This document shows, one piece after another, positions 7,326-18,858 of a DNA stretch of 64,000 nt. How positions within the stretch are numbered: position 1 is the first letter of the stretch; each line of letters opens with the position of its first letter. A program made the position numbers and the translations under genes. The DNA is from Faecousia sp. (GTDB lineage: Bacteria; Bacillota; Clostridia; Oscillospirales; Oscillospiraceae). The notes beneath the pieces were generated by a model. That model was not told the DNA's origin, did not search any database, and saw nothing but the letters and a program-made list of their open reading frames with translations. The DNA lies in NCBI GenBank assembly GCA_045123795.1, contig JBGVKN010000082.1, positions 26,147 through 90,146 on the forward strand, written 5' to 3'.

Positions 7326-8726
7326 ATGTTTGAAATGATGATATCAAAAGCCAACGATGCGCTGTACAGTTGGGTGCTGATCATCCTACTGGTTGCAGGC
7401 GGGTTGTACTTTACCTTCCGCACCAAATTCGTCCAATTTCGGATGTTTAAGGAGCAGCTTCGCTCCGTCACGGAAAAGCCCGACGGCAAGAACGGTGTTT
7501 CTTCCTTCCAAGCCCTGATGGTTTCCACCGCATCCCGGGTAGGCACAGGAAATATCGTCGGTGTTTCCACCGCCCTGTGTCTGGGTGGCTTCGGCTCCGT
7601 GTTCTGGATGTGGGTGATCGCCCTGATCGGTTCGGCATCCGCTTTCGTAGAAAGCACGCTGGCCCAGATCTACAAAAAGAAAGGTCTTGATGGTTGCTAC
7701 GGTGGCCCCGCTTACTATATTGAAGCCGTGATGAAAAAGCGCTGGCTTGCGGTGGTGTTCTCCGTTTTCCTGATCTTGACCTATGGCATCGGTTTCAATA
7801 TGCTGGCATCTTACAATTTGCAGTCCACATTCTCTGCCTATTCTTTCTATGATCCGGCGGTTTCCCCTTGGGTAATCGGCATTGTTCTGGCAGGTGTGGT
7901 TTGTTTCTACCTGTTTGGCGGCGGTTCCCGAATTATCAAGACCACCACGTTCCTGGTTCCTGTGATGGGTGTAGCGTATATTCTGGTGGCAGTGGTGATC
8001 ACACTGCTGAACATCACCAGACTGCCCGCCATTTTCGGACAGATTTTCACGGATGCATTTAATCTTGAAGCCATTTTCGGCGGTTTCAGTGGCTCCTGCG
8101 TGATGTACGGCATCAAGCGGGGACTGTTCAGCAACGAGGCCGGTGTGGGCTCTGCCCCCAACGCTTCCGCCTCCGCCGAAGTCAGTCACCCCGCTAAGCA
8201 GGGCTTGGTACAGGTTTTGTCCGTGTTTATCGACACCTTGCTGGTCTGCTCCGCTACGGCGTTTATGTGTATGTGCTCCGGTGTGGAGCCCACGGCTGAG
8301 CTGTCCGGCGCCCCCTATGTGCAGGCCGCTGTACAGCGCACACTGGGAGCCTTTGGCCCGGTGTTTATTACGGTTGCCATGATTCTGTTTGCCTTTACCA
8401 CGTTGCTCGGTAACCTTTACTATGTGGACAAGAGTCTGAACTATATGCTGGGCCGTCAGCCCGGCAAGGCATTTATGCGGGTGTACTATGTGATCGCCTC
8501 TGCCGTGATCCTGTTGGGTGCTGGTCTGAATGCAGATCTTCTGTGGGGCATTGCGGATCTAACCATGGGCGGCATGACACTGATCAATATGCCGGTCATT
8601 TTCCTGCTGAGCAAGTACGCCATCCGCTGTCTGAACAACTACACCGACCAGCTCAAGCAGGGCAAGGAGCCTACCTTCCGGGCTTCTGACATTGACCTGC
8701 CCCATCAGGTGGACTGCTGGCAATAA
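7326..8726 (+). CDS. Alanine/glycine:cation symporter (AGCS family)
   Basis: SRVGTGNIVGV, GGPAYYI and GIKRGLFSNEAGVGSAP motifs; multiple TM helices. Confidence 0.93.
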   Translation: MFEMMISKANDALYSWVLIILLVAGGLYFTFRTKFVQFRMFKEQLRSVTEKPDGKNGVSSFQALMVSTASRVGTGNIVGVSTALCLGGFGSVFWMWVIALIGSASAFVESTLAQIYKKKGLDGCYGGPAYYIEAVMKKRWLAVVFSVFLILTYGIGFNMLASYNLQSTFSAYSFYDPAVSPWVIGIVLAGVVCFYLFGGGSRIIKTTTFLVPVMGVAYILVAVVITLLNITRLPAIFGQIFTDAFNLEAIFGGFSGSCVMYGIKRGLFSNEAGVGSAPNASASAEVSHPAKQGLVQVLSVFIDTLLVCSATAFMCMCSGVEPTAELSGAPYVQAAVQRTLGAFGPVFITVAMILFAFTTLLGNLYYVDKSLNYMLGRQPGKAFMRVYYVIASAVILLGAGLNADLLWGIADLTMGGMTLINMPVIFLLSKYAIRCLNNYTDQLKQGKEPTFRASDIDLPHQVDCWQ

Positions 8727-9407
8727 ATGATTATGATACAGAAAAACAAAAAACAGCAGATTGGCATGCTGGCCTTTCTGCTGGTTGAACTGGTGCTTTA
8801 TTATTTTATCTTGACTGCCGGCGGCACCACGCTGGTGATCACGTCCTTTGCATCCATTGTGATCTGCTTTTTGTATTGTGCCGCAGGCGGTAAAAAAAGC
8901 GATCCGCTATTCATCGCTGCGCTGGCTTGCACTGTGGGCGCAGACTTCTTTCTGGTGATCTGTTCCCCCATTGAGCAGCTATACGGCATGATCTGCTTTT
9001 TGACTGCCCAAACGCTGTATGCCATCCGGCTGCATCGGGACAACAAAAACAGGGTTCTTATGGTAGTCAGAATAGTGCTGATCCTATGCGCCGAGGTCAT
9101 TACTGTTGCGGTTTTGAAGGAAAATACTGATGCGCTGGCTATGATCTCCCTTGCCTATTACGCCAATCTGGTCATGAATATTGCGATATCCTTTACTCTG
9201 CTGCACAAAAATAAGCTGCTGCCCATTGGATTTGTGCTGTTTCTTCTATGCGACACGGTTATTGGATTACAGATGGCCAGCGGTGTGTATTTAAACATCC
9301 CGGAAGGTTCGATGTTGCACAGCATGATCTTCGTTGGGTTTAATCTGGCGTGGTTTTTCTATCTGCCGTCACAGGTACTCATTGCACTGAGCAGCCGAAG
9401 AAAATAA
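8727..9407 (+). CDS. YhhN/lysoplasmalogenase-like membrane protein
   Basis: ADFFLV, GMICFLTAQTLY, GFVLFLLCD and WFFYLPSQVLIA motifs. Confidence 0.65.
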   Translation: MIMIQKNKKQQIGMLAFLLVELVLYYFILTAGGTTLVITSFASIVICFLYCAAGGKKSDPLFIAALACTVGADFFLVICSPIEQLYGMICFLTAQTLYAIRLHRDNKNRVLMVVRIVLILCAEVITVAVLKENTDALAMISLAYYANLVMNIAISFTLLHKNKLLPIGFVLFLLCDTVIGLQMASGVYLNIPEGSMLHSMIFVGFNLAWFFYLPSQVLIALSSRRK

Positions 9408-9420
9408 CTTAAAATGCATT

Positions 9421-9446
9421 GCGGCCCCGGGAATTCCCGGGGCCGC
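9421..9446. terminator. Hairpin between convergent genes
   Basis: GCGGCCCCGGGAATTCCCGGGGCCGC. Confidence 0.7.
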
Positions 9447-9453
9447 TTTCTGA

Positions 9454-12400
9454 TTAGAAGATGGATTCAAAGTTGTTCCATGCGATCAGATAGTAGGTCG
9501 GCTGCATATGGGGGTGGGTCATACCGCCAATGAAGCAGGAAATAAACGCATTCTTTGCAGTCTGGTATTTTCCTCTTGTATCGTAGCCGGTGGTGGGACC
9601 CACGCCGCTGGCCATATTTGCCAGGTTCTGCATCAGGTAGGCGGGGCTATAGGTGACAACCGCCTCCCGCCAGAAGCCCTTCTTGATGATGCTCAAGGAA
9701 ACGAAGGGAGAGAGCTTGGCTTCATCCATCAACGCCTGCACTTCCGCCAAACGCTTCTCCGCATCAGCCTGACTGAAGCTATTGACGTTGCCAATGTTGA
9801 CAGTACCGTCATCGGTCAGATCCAGCACATACAGATCATTCCGGTTGGATGCCAGCGCCGCAAAGGCGGTCAGAGCGTTGGCAACGCCGCCGTTGCCGTT
9901 ATAGTCCGCACCGGTCAGCCACTCGAAGCTGCCCTCTGCATCTGCGAACCAGTCTTCATCCTCGTAGTTATCAACAATACTGATGGACTTGGTGATACCG
10001 TACTTCTTAAAGCCCCAGACCTCCAGCGGCAGGTAGGCGATCAGGTCGTCCTCGTTGGCCACGTTGAAGATGGTCTTATACTTGGCGGCATTCTGATCGG
10101 TGGTGCAGAAGGGGGAGGCGAAGGTGTATGTAAAGGACTCGTATTCTGCGCTATCCTCGAAGTGGGCACCCAGCAGGTTGGCGATAGCTGCACCACGGGA
10201 GTGACCGGTGATGAGGATGGTCTTATCTCTGTTCAGGTCGTTCAGACCGTATCTTTCAACATAGTCATAGAACTTGGCCAGAACACGGTTCATGGCCACG
10301 TCAAAGCCCTTATGGTTTCCCTTATTGACCCAGTCGGGGTGGCTTTCGCCCATGGCGGCGTAGTATTCCGGTGTATCCGCACCCACGTCGAAGTTACTGG
10401 ACCACTCGGCATTGGTGGCATTGGTGCCACGGACAGCCAGAACGATGATTTCCTTCTCGTAGCCCTTGTAGAACACGGTTCTGTGACCCACGGCGAACTC
10501 CGTCAGGTCATCCTTGTCCACGCTATAATTGGCGGCCTTGATCTTGATATCTTCCACATCCTGCAAACCGAACAGTTTGCCGAAGGTGGCGGGCTTGCCG
10601 TCGCCGCCGGTGACGCCGGAGGTCATGGCAAGGCTCACGTCGCTGTACATTTCAGAGGCGTAGACGATAGAGAACACGGACAGATCCTTCTGATATACCG
10701 TGTTATCGCCAAAGAGCAGGCTGTAATCCACATTGAACTCAATGTTGCAAGTATCGCCGTTGCTGTTGTAAGTCATGGTGGCGGTGAAGGTATTATTCTT
10801 GGGGGCGGTATCCACATTGTCTGCGATGCCGTCGTAATCCGTATCCACTTCCACGGGGCTGCTTCTATACTTATAGGTCATCACCGTGCCGTAATTAGTG
10901 CCGGTGATAGCGCCCTGGCTGACCTGGGTCAGCAGTGCGTCCAGATCAACACTACCGGTGGGGTTGGGGCCTTCCAGCTCGTAAACGTCGAGGACACCGT
11001 CACCATCGGTATCGGCCAAACTGCCAGCCTGAGGCTGGGCATCCAGTCTGACGGGCACAGGCACAGGGCCATCCAGATAGATCCAATAGCCATCACCCAC
11101 GACCTCGTCACCGATCTGATCTGCTAGCGTCATCAGCGTCGTATGGAAGTCACCGTAAAGGTCAGCCCACACGCCGCCAGTCTGGGTGTACAGGTCGGAG
11201 TAGGTGTTCTTTTCAGTCGTAGGAGAAACCACAGCGCAGCGGATACCGGCGTTTTTCAGCAGCTCGATCTGATCCGCCATAGAGGGGATGCCGTAACGGT
11301 TATCTACCTTGAAGCCAGCGTCGGTGACCAGAACGAAGATCTTACCGGCGGAGGCACGCATATCCAGCAGTCTACCGGTTTCCAGCGCATCCACGGCACA
11401 CTCGGGGGGCATCGCCGCCGTGACCCAGCTCCAGACCGGACAGGGCTGCCTTGAAAGCGTTCAGATCATAGAACCAGTTAGAGCCGCCGGTCTGATGCAC
11501 AGTGGTGGTATCGTAACCATCGGCAGTCAAATCCTGATAATCGATCAGAGCCAATGCGGCAGAAACGCCCTTCTGCTTCAGCGCATCTACGAAAGCCTCC
11601 GCATTGTTCTTGACGCAGTTGATGATATCTTCCATGGAGCCGGTGGAGTCGATCAGGAACACGATGTCCGCCTGGGCCATGGCGTCGGTGGATGCAGTCT
11701 GCGCTCCGGCGGCAAAGGTGCTGACGCTTCTGGCCTGCCGCTTTACAGTATTAGCGGGCATAGCCAGACCCATTTCGTCAAACATGGTCTTGACATCCAC
11801 CACATAGTAGGTGCCCTCGCCGTTGATTTGAGCGGACAGGGTATTGGCATCGGCATCGTAATCGGTAGTCAGATACTCCGTAGTGCCATCTTCATTGTAA
11901 CGGCAGATCGTCTTGGTGTTAACCGTCGCAGCGGCGGTGTTCAGGGTGAAGGTAATGGTGCCCTGGCCGATCTTTTTACCGGTGACATTCACAGGCTTTC
12001 CGACCACGGCACGGCTGTCGCTGAACAGCTGGGATGCGGCTTCCGTAACAGATACACGGCGGTTAATGTTGCCGGTGGTAGTCAGCGTCAGAGAAGGAAC
12101 GGCAACATTTTCGGAAGCAGTCAGCTGCTCCTCGAAGTTCTTACTGTCCAGCTTCTGGGTAAAGACACGGGCTGCGTCCAGCATCTTGCCATCGGTATAC
12201 TGGGCAAGAGGGTTCAGACCCAGCAGCTGCTCGTCGTTGTCAGACAGGGTATCCCCGTCCGTATCGTAACGGCTGGGATCGGTGCCGAGGCTGATCTCTG
12301 CCGGATCGGTAATGCCGTCGTTATCCGTATCGGCCTTGGCAGGATCGGTGCCCAGTTGAATTTCTTCGATATTGCTGATACCGTCAGCGTCTGCATCCTC

Positions 12401-13168
12401 ATCGGCATCCGATGTGCCGTTTTCATCGGTATCCACCATGGCAGGATGGGTGCCGGTGAGGTAGATTTCCGCATAGTTGCTCAAGCCATCTTCATCGGAA
12501 TCGATTTCATCGGGATCAACGCCGTAAAGGGCGGCAATCTCGGGAGCGACCCGATTCTGGGCCTGTGCGCTGATTTGGTAGGTCACATCGACCTGAATGG
12601 TGTATTCCTGACCATCAACGGTGACGGTTTTATCCACACGGATGGAGCCGGTTTCATTTTCGGTAGCGAATGCGGCCATCGGTGTCATAGACAGAAGCAT
12701 AGCGGCGCACAGCAGCAGGCTGAGGACACGCATCTTCTGCCCCTTTTTCACCATCACCGCAAGGCCGATGACGGCGGCAGCCAGCACCACCAGCAGGAAC
12801 ATTCCGCCAAACTCGCCGGTTTCAGGGGACCACTCCCCTGTTCCCTGCTTTGCAGTGAGGGTCAGAGTATGGGTCTGCCCGGCAGATAGGGTGATATCCG
12901 CCTGCGTAAGGGCACCTCCCTTCAGCTCCAGCCCATGGGGCAGCAGCGCTTGGACGGAAATGCCCTCCACCGGGTAATCGTTGGTGTTGCGAACTGTAAT
13001 GGTTACCTGAATATCTTCATCAGCAGAGTATGCGGTCTGATTTGTCAAAACGGCAATTTCCAGACCATCCTGCACACCGGTATCTGCAGCTTCGGCCTGC
13101 ATGGGCAGTCCAATCAGCACACATACAGCCAGCATAAGCACAAGGCATAGACTGATAACCCTTTTCAT
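9454..13168 (-). pseudogene. Frameshifted ~1237-aa surface protein: signal peptide, Ig-like domain, sortase-like signal, second signal, DxDxDG repeats, VWA, class-3 lipase
   Basis: ORFs 11372..13168 and 9454..11412 join as GGDAPECAVDAL if one base is removed from the G6 run at 11404-11409. VWA motif DIVFLIDSTGSM; lipase motifs VRGT and TGHSRG. Confidence 0.8.
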
Positions 13169-13549
13169 GTACTTTTTCCTCCTTGTATCCTATGGTACTT
13201 TCTTTATATATATCATAATTATGGTGATTTCGCATGCATATTTCACACTTTTTGCACTTGCAGAGCAAAAAAACTAGTGTATTTTGACAGCAGCGGCCGC
13301 TTATCTGAGCAACCAGCATCACGGCCGGCCTTTGAGTATTTCAATTTTTCCGTTTTTTGTTCTTATCCTGTATTTTTTCAGACAGCACTGTCGCTTTGTT
13401 GCAATATTGTCTTTTTTTTCGTGTATTTTTGGATGGTATTTCCTCTGTGTTGGTATTGCATTTTTGTGACAGGCAATGCTATAATATGGATACAATGGCT
13501 TAGTGTGGCGAACACTGGGCAGAAATAGATTAAAGCGAGGTATTTTCTA

Positions 13550-14515
13550 ATGATCGCATACGGAGATAATATCAAGGTCTTCTGTGGCAACTCCAACAAG
13601 GAATTTGCCGAGACCATCTGCAAGGCACTGGGCATGACCATGGGTCAGGGCGTTGTCAAGACCTTCGCCGATGGCGAAGCTTCTGTCACTCTGGAAGAAA
13701 CCGTCCGTGGTGCTGACGTGTTCCTGATTCAGTCCACCTGCAAGCCTGTTAACGATCACCTGATGGAGCTGCTGGTCATGATTGATGCCTGCCGCCGTGC
13801 TTCCGCCGGCCGCATCACCGCCGTGATCCCCTACTTCGGCTACGCCCGTCAGGACCGCAAGGCTAAGAGCCGTGACCCCATCTCCGCTAAGCTGGTTGCT
13901 AATATGATCACCGTGGCCGGTGCCGACCGGGTGCTGACCATGGACCTGCACGCCAATCAGATTCAGGGCTTCTTCGACATCCCTCTGGACCATCTGCTGG
14001 GTGCTCCCTCCTTCGTGGAGTATTACATGAACAAGTTCCCCGAGGAGCAGTTCAATCACGATGATTTCGTGGTTGTTTCCCCCGACGTCGGCTCCGTGGC
14101 CCGTGCCCGTAACTTTGCCCAGAAGGTTCACATGAACCTGGCCATCGTTGACAAGCGCCGCCAGAAGGCCAACGAGTGTGAGGTCATGAACGTCATCGGC
14201 GATGTCCGTGGCAAGACCTGCATTCTGTACGATGACATGGTGGATACCGCCGGCTCCCTGTGTAACGCCGCCAAGGCTCTGGTGGAAGTGGGTGGTGCCA
14301 AGGAAGTCTACGCCTGTGCTACCCATGGCGTTCTGTCCGGCCCCGCATACGACCGCATCGAGGCCAGCGTCATCAAGGAAATGCTGTTCCTGAACACCAT
14401 TCCTCAGATGGGCAACACCCCCAGCGGCAAGATCAAGTTCCTGGACGTGGCTCCCGTGTTTGCCCGTGCCATCGAGCACATCCACGGCGGCACCTCCATC
14501 GCCGAGCTGTTCTAA
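13550..14515 (+). CDS. prs: Ribose-phosphate pyrophosphokinase
   Basis: FADGE, PYFGYARQDRK and DDMVDTAGSL motifs. Confidence 0.97.
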   Translation: MIAYGDNIKVFCGNSNKEFAETICKALGMTMGQGVVKTFADGEASVTLEETVRGADVFLIQSTCKPVNDHLMELLVMIDACRRASAGRITAVIPYFGYARQDRKAKSRDPISAKLVANMITVAGADRVLTMDLHANQIQGFFDIPLDHLLGAPSFVEYYMNKFPEEQFNHDDFVVVSPDVGSVARARNFAQKVHMNLAIVDKRRQKANECEVMNVIGDVRGKTCILYDDMVDTAGSLCNAAKALVEVGGAKEVYACATHGVLSGPAYDRIEASVIKEMLFLNTIPQMGNTPSGKIKFLDVAPVFARAIEHIHGGTSIAELF

Positions 14516-14518
14516 GCC

Positions 14519-15112
14519 GTGTTTGCGAAGTCTAACGAAAGCTGGCTCATCGTCGGCCTGGGTAATCCCGGCCGGGAGTACGAAAAAACCCGGCACAACG
14601 CCGGTTTCCGGGCCATTGATTGCCTTGCTGACAAGCTGGGCTGCAAGATTGACAGGCTCAAGTATCAGGGGCTTTATTGCCAGACCACTTACGGCGGCAG
14701 AAAGCTTTTCCTGCTGAAGCCCCAGACCTATATGAACCTGTCGGGCCGGTCGGTGTTACAGCTTTCTTCCTACTTTAATATTCCGCCTCAGCGGATCATT
14801 GTCCTGTTTGACGATATTTCGCTGGTTCCCGGGCGACTGCGCATTCGTGCCGACGGCTCTGCCGGTGGGCACAACGGCATCAAGTCCATCATTGCAGAAG
14901 TCGGTTCTCAGGATTTCCCCCGGGTGAAGATCGGCGTGGGCGGTAAAGCCCATCCGGAGCAGGATCTGGCGGATCACGTGCTGTCCGGCTTCTCCGCCAA
15001 GGAGGAAAAGGATCTGGTGTCTGCACTGGAACGGGCTGCGGAAGCTGCCCTGACCATCATAGACAAGGGCGTGCCCGAAGCGGCAAACCGCTTCAACGGC
15101 AGTATGCCGTAA
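14519..15112 (+). CDS. pth: Peptidyl-tRNA hydrolase
   Basis: VGLGNPG, TRHNAGF, KPQTYMNLSG and GGHNG motifs. Confidence 0.97.
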   Translation: MFAKSNESWLIVGLGNPGREYEKTRHNAGFRAIDCLADKLGCKIDRLKYQGLYCQTTYGGRKLFLLKPQTYMNLSGRSVLQLSSYFNIPPQRIIVLFDDISLVPGRLRIRADGSAGGHNGIKSIIAEVGSQDFPRVKIGVGGKAHPEQDLADHVLSGFSAKEEKDLVSALERAAEAALTIIDKGVPEAANRFNGSMP

Positions 15113-15204
15113 TCGAATAGTGTCACATTTCCACGGAAAGGGGGTCTATTGCCCCCTTTCCGCGTTGTTGCGTGGAGCAAAAAAAACATGATTGAGGTGA
15201 TTTG

Positions 15205-18200
15205 ATGGAACAACTTCTCAATTTACTAAAGACCATGCCGGAGTATCGGACATTGGTGCAGGCTCTGGAGCAAAACCAATCCGCCGCCGTCACTGGCATC
15301 GGGCAGGTCAACCGCAGCCACATCATCGCCGGACTGCGTGAGGATGCAGGCCGTCCGCTGGTGCTGGTCTGTCAGGACGATATGGCAGCCAAACGGCTAC
15401 AGGAGGAACTGAAATGCTTTCTGGGCGAAACTGCGCCGATTCTTCCCAGTCGGGAGCTGACCCTGTACGACAGTGCCGTGGTTTCCCGGGCATGGGAGCA
15501 GAAGCGTCTGCGCCAGCTTTATGATCTGGCTGTCGGAAGTACTCCGATTCAAATCTTAACATGGGATTCTCTGAGCCAGCGCACCATGCCGAAGGACACC
15601 TTACTTTCTGCGGCTTTTCCCATGGAGGTTGGGCAGGAGTATGTGCTGGATGATCTGCTAAAAAAGCTCTCCGGTGCGGGGTACAGCCGTTGCGGCATGG
15701 TAGAAGGCCCCGGTCAGTTTGCTCTCCGGGGTGGTATTCTGGACATTTTCTCCCCTGCTGCGGACCGTCCTTTCCGGGCAGAGTTCTTCGGTGACGAGCT
15801 GGATACCATGGGTTACTTCGACCCGGACACCCAGCGTCGAACCGAGAACGTAGACAGCGTGCTGATCCTGCCCGTAGGCGAAACCCAACCCCGGCTCCAT
15901 CCCGGCGGCATGGACGGTCTATGCAAGGATATTTCCACCCTGATTGCCCGCCAAAAGCGGCGGAAAACCATTAACGAGCCGCTGATCAAAACACTGGAAA
16001 AGGATCTTGATAAATACGAAAACGGCATTCAAAATCCGGCATCCGACCGCTATATGGCGTTTATTTATCCGGAATTCGCAACCGCAATGGATTACATTCC
16101 GGCCAACGCCGCTATTATCCTGTGTGATCAGGGCAGTCTGCGCCGCCGAGCCCACACTCGCACCGAGGAAATGGGAATGCAGCTGGACAGTCTGCTTCAG
16201 GGCGGTATCGTAGCCGGCGAGCTGTGCGACTATGTGTGCCAATGGGAGGATTTCTGCGGAGGACTGTCCGGTCGGACGGTGGTATATATGGATGCCTTCG
16301 GCGGCGGCTCTTATCCGGAGGAAAACCGTCCCAAGCATCTGCTGCCCATGACCGCCAAGCAGCTTCCCGGCTATGGTGGCAGTATGGACACCGCCGCCAG
16401 CGACCTTGCCCACTACCAAAAGCAGGAGTTCTCTACCCTGGTGCTCTGCGGCACACGCCGTCGGGCGGAGCTGTTGCAGGAGCTGCTGCGGAGCAAAAAT
16501 CTCTCCGCATTCCTGTGTATTCCGCTGGACACCATGCCCAAGGCCGGGCAAATCCTGCTGACCGAAGGCACGCTGCCTTACGGCATGGAGTACCCCGACT
16601 GCAAGTTGGCAGTTTTAACGGAAGGTCAGCTCATTGCCAAAACGGAGCCCAAGCGCAAAACAAAAAAGACCGCCACCAATCGGCAAAAACTTAATTCTTT
16701 CACAGATCTTTCTCCCGGTGATCTGGTTGTTCACGAAAACTACGGCATCGGACGCTTTGTTGCCATGGAGCGGATCAAGGTTGACGGTGCCATCAAGGAC
16801 TATATCAAGATCGCCTATCAAGGCAGCGATACCCTCTTCATCCCCGCCACCCAGCTGGACATGGTCAGCAAGTATATCGGCGGCGGTGGCGAGGATACCA
16901 ACGTAAAGCTGAACAAGATCGGCTCCGACGCATGGCAGAAAACCAAGGCCAAGGCCAGAAAGGCCGCCAAGGATATGGCCGGAGAGCTGATCAAGCTTTA
17001 TGCCGCCCGGAAACGGCAGGAGGGCTTTGCCTTCGCCGCCGACAGTCCGTGGCAGCGAGAATTCGAGGACAATTTCCCCTACCCGGAAACCGACGATCAG
17101 CTTCGGTGCATCGCCGATATCAAGCACGATATGGAATCGCCTACCCCCATGGATCGCCTGCTCTGCGGCGATGTGGGCTTCGGCAAGACCGAGGTTGCTC
17201 TGCGAGCAGTGATGAAGGCCGTTATGGACGGCAAGCAAGTGGCAATTCTGGTACCTACCACGGTGCTGGCCCAGCAGCATTATCAGACCGCCGTATCCCG
17301 TTTCCGTGGTTTCCCGGTGAATATTGATGTGTTGAGCCGATTCCGCTCTTCCAAGGAGCAGCAGCGCACCGTTCAAAACCTCCGCTCCGGCAGTGTGGAT
17401 CTGATCATCGGCACCCACAAGCTCCTGCAAAAGAGCATTGAATTCAAGGATCTGGGTCTGCTGATCGTAGACGAGGAGCAGCGCTTCGGTGTCACCCACA
17501 AAGAACGGCTGAAAGAAATCGCCAAGGGTGTGGATGTGCTGACCCTGTCGGCTACCCCCATCCCCCGGACACTGAATATGGCGCTGTCCGGCATTCGGGA
17601 TATGTCCACCATCGAAGAACCGCCGGCAGACCGCTATCCGGTGCAGACCTTTGTTATGGAGCACAACAATGCGGTCATTGACGATGCCATTCGCCGTGAG
17701 GTGGAGCGGGGCGGTCAGGTCTACTACCTGCACAACCGCACGGAAACCATCGACCAGTGCGCCGGGGCACTCAAACGGCGCATCCCCGGACTCAGCGTGG
17801 CGGTTGCCCACGGTCAGATGGGCGAGGACGCTTTGGGCGATGTGATGCAGGGCATGGCTGACGGTGAGATTCAAGTGCTGGTATGCACCACCATCATCGA
17901 AACCGGTCTGGACATTCCCAACGCCAACACCTTGATCATTGAAAACGCAGACCGGTTCGGTCTTTCTCAGCTTCATCAGCTTCGTGGTCGTGTAGGTCGC
18001 TCCACCCGCCATGCCTACGCCTATTTCACCTACAAGCCAGACAAAAACCTGACAGAGATCGCCGAAAAGCGGCTGTCTGCCATTCGTGATTTTGCAGAAT
18101 TCGGCTCCGGCTTCAAGATTGCCATGCGTGACCTTGAGATTCGAGGCGCAGGCAATTTACTGGGTGCGGAGCAATCGGGCCACATGATGAGCGTAGGCTA

Positions 18201-18714
18201 CGATATGTATCTGAAGCTGCTGGACGAGGCAGTGCTGGAGGAGCGTGGCGAGAAGGCCAAGGAGCCGGACTGCACCGCCGACCTCAACGTAACCGCCAAC
18301 GTGGACCCGGACTTTGTAGCCCGAGGCGAGGAACGGATGGATCTGTACCGCCGAATGGCAGCTATCCGTTCCCAGGAGGATGCGGACGATCTGCTGGACG
18401 AGATCATCGACCGGTACGGCGATCCGCCTAAGGGCGTGCTGAATTTGATCGACATTGCTCTTCTGCGGGCGCAAGCACGGCAGGCCGGCATCAAGGATAT
18501 TCGCCAGAAGGCTGGGGATGTGCTGTTTACCATGACAACACTGAACTTTGAGGCAGTCAGCGCTGTATGTGCCGATTCGGATTACAAAAACCGCCTGACC
18601 TTCGTTGCCACCGCCAAGGAGCCTACGCTGCGGCTGAAGCTCAGCAGTGGCGTAGACAGCCTGAAACAGTCCAAGGTGTTCATCCAGCGGTATCGAAACT
18701 GCCTGAATTTGTGA
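15205..18714 (+). CDS. mfd: Transcription-repair coupling factor
   Basis: CarD-like RID, GDVGFGKTEVA, DEEQRFGV and QLRGRVGRS motifs. Confidence 0.97.
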   Translation: MEQLLNLLKTMPEYRTLVQALEQNQSAAVTGIGQVNRSHIIAGLREDAGRPLVLVCQDDMAAKRLQEELKCFLGETAPILPSRELTLYDSAVVSRAWEQKRLRQLYDLAVGSTPIQILTWDSLSQRTMPKDTLLSAAFPMEVGQEYVLDDLLKKLSGAGYSRCGMVEGPGQFALRGGILDIFSPAADRPFRAEFFGDELDTMGYFDPDTQRRTENVDSVLILPVGETQPRLHPGGMDGLCKDISTLIARQKRRKTINEPLIKTLEKDLDKYENGIQNPASDRYMAFIYPEFATAMDYIPANAAIILCDQGSLRRRAHTRTEEMGMQLDSLLQGGIVAGELCDYVCQWEDFCGGLSGRTVVYMDAFGGGSYPEENRPKHLLPMTAKQLPGYGGSMDTAASDLAHYQKQEFSTLVLCGTRRRAELLQELLRSKNLSAFLCIPLDTMPKAGQILLTEGTLPYGMEYPDCKLAVLTEGQLIAKTEPKRKTKKTATNRQKLNSFTDLSPGDLVVHENYGIGRFVAMERIKVDGAIKDYIKIAYQGSDTLFIPATQLDMVSKYIGGGGEDTNVKLNKIGSDAWQKTKAKARKAAKDMAGELIKLYAARKRQEGFAFAADSPWQREFEDNFPYPETDDQLRCIADIKHDMESPTPMDRLLCGDVGFGKTEVALRAVMKAVMDGKQVAILVPTTVLAQQHYQTAVSRFRGFPVNIDVLSRFRSSKEQQRTVQNLRSGSVDLIIGTHKLLQKSIEFKDLGLLIVDEEQRFGVTHKERLKEIAKGVDVLTLSATPIPRTLNMALSGIRDMSTIEEPPADRYPVQTFVMEHNNAVIDDAIRREVERGGQVYYLHNRTETIDQCAGALKRRIPGLSVAVAHGQMGEDALGDVMQGMADGEIQVLVCTTIIETGLDIPNANTLIIENADRFGLSQLHQLRGRVGRSTRHAYAYFTYKPDKNLTEIAEKRLSAIRDFAEFGSGFKIAMRDLEIRGAGNLLGAEQSGHMMSVGYDMYLKLLDEAVLEERGEKAKEPDCTADLNVTANVDPDFVARGEERMDLYRRMAAIRSQEDADDLLDEIIDRYGDPPKGVLNLIDIALLRAQARQAGIKDIRQKAGDVLFTMTTLNFEAVSAVCADSDYKNRLTFVATAKEPTLRLKLSSGVDSLKQSKVFIQRYRNCLNL

Positions 18715-18858
18715 AGAAACTGTCAACTTTTTGAAGATATCCCAAGTTTTTGACTGCAAAGCGTTGCAATATTGAAAACTTGTGCTACAATATCCCTGTA
18801 TTTGAACCCTGACAGGACGGCATTTCGCCGCTGATGGAAAGGAGAAATATCACCGATT

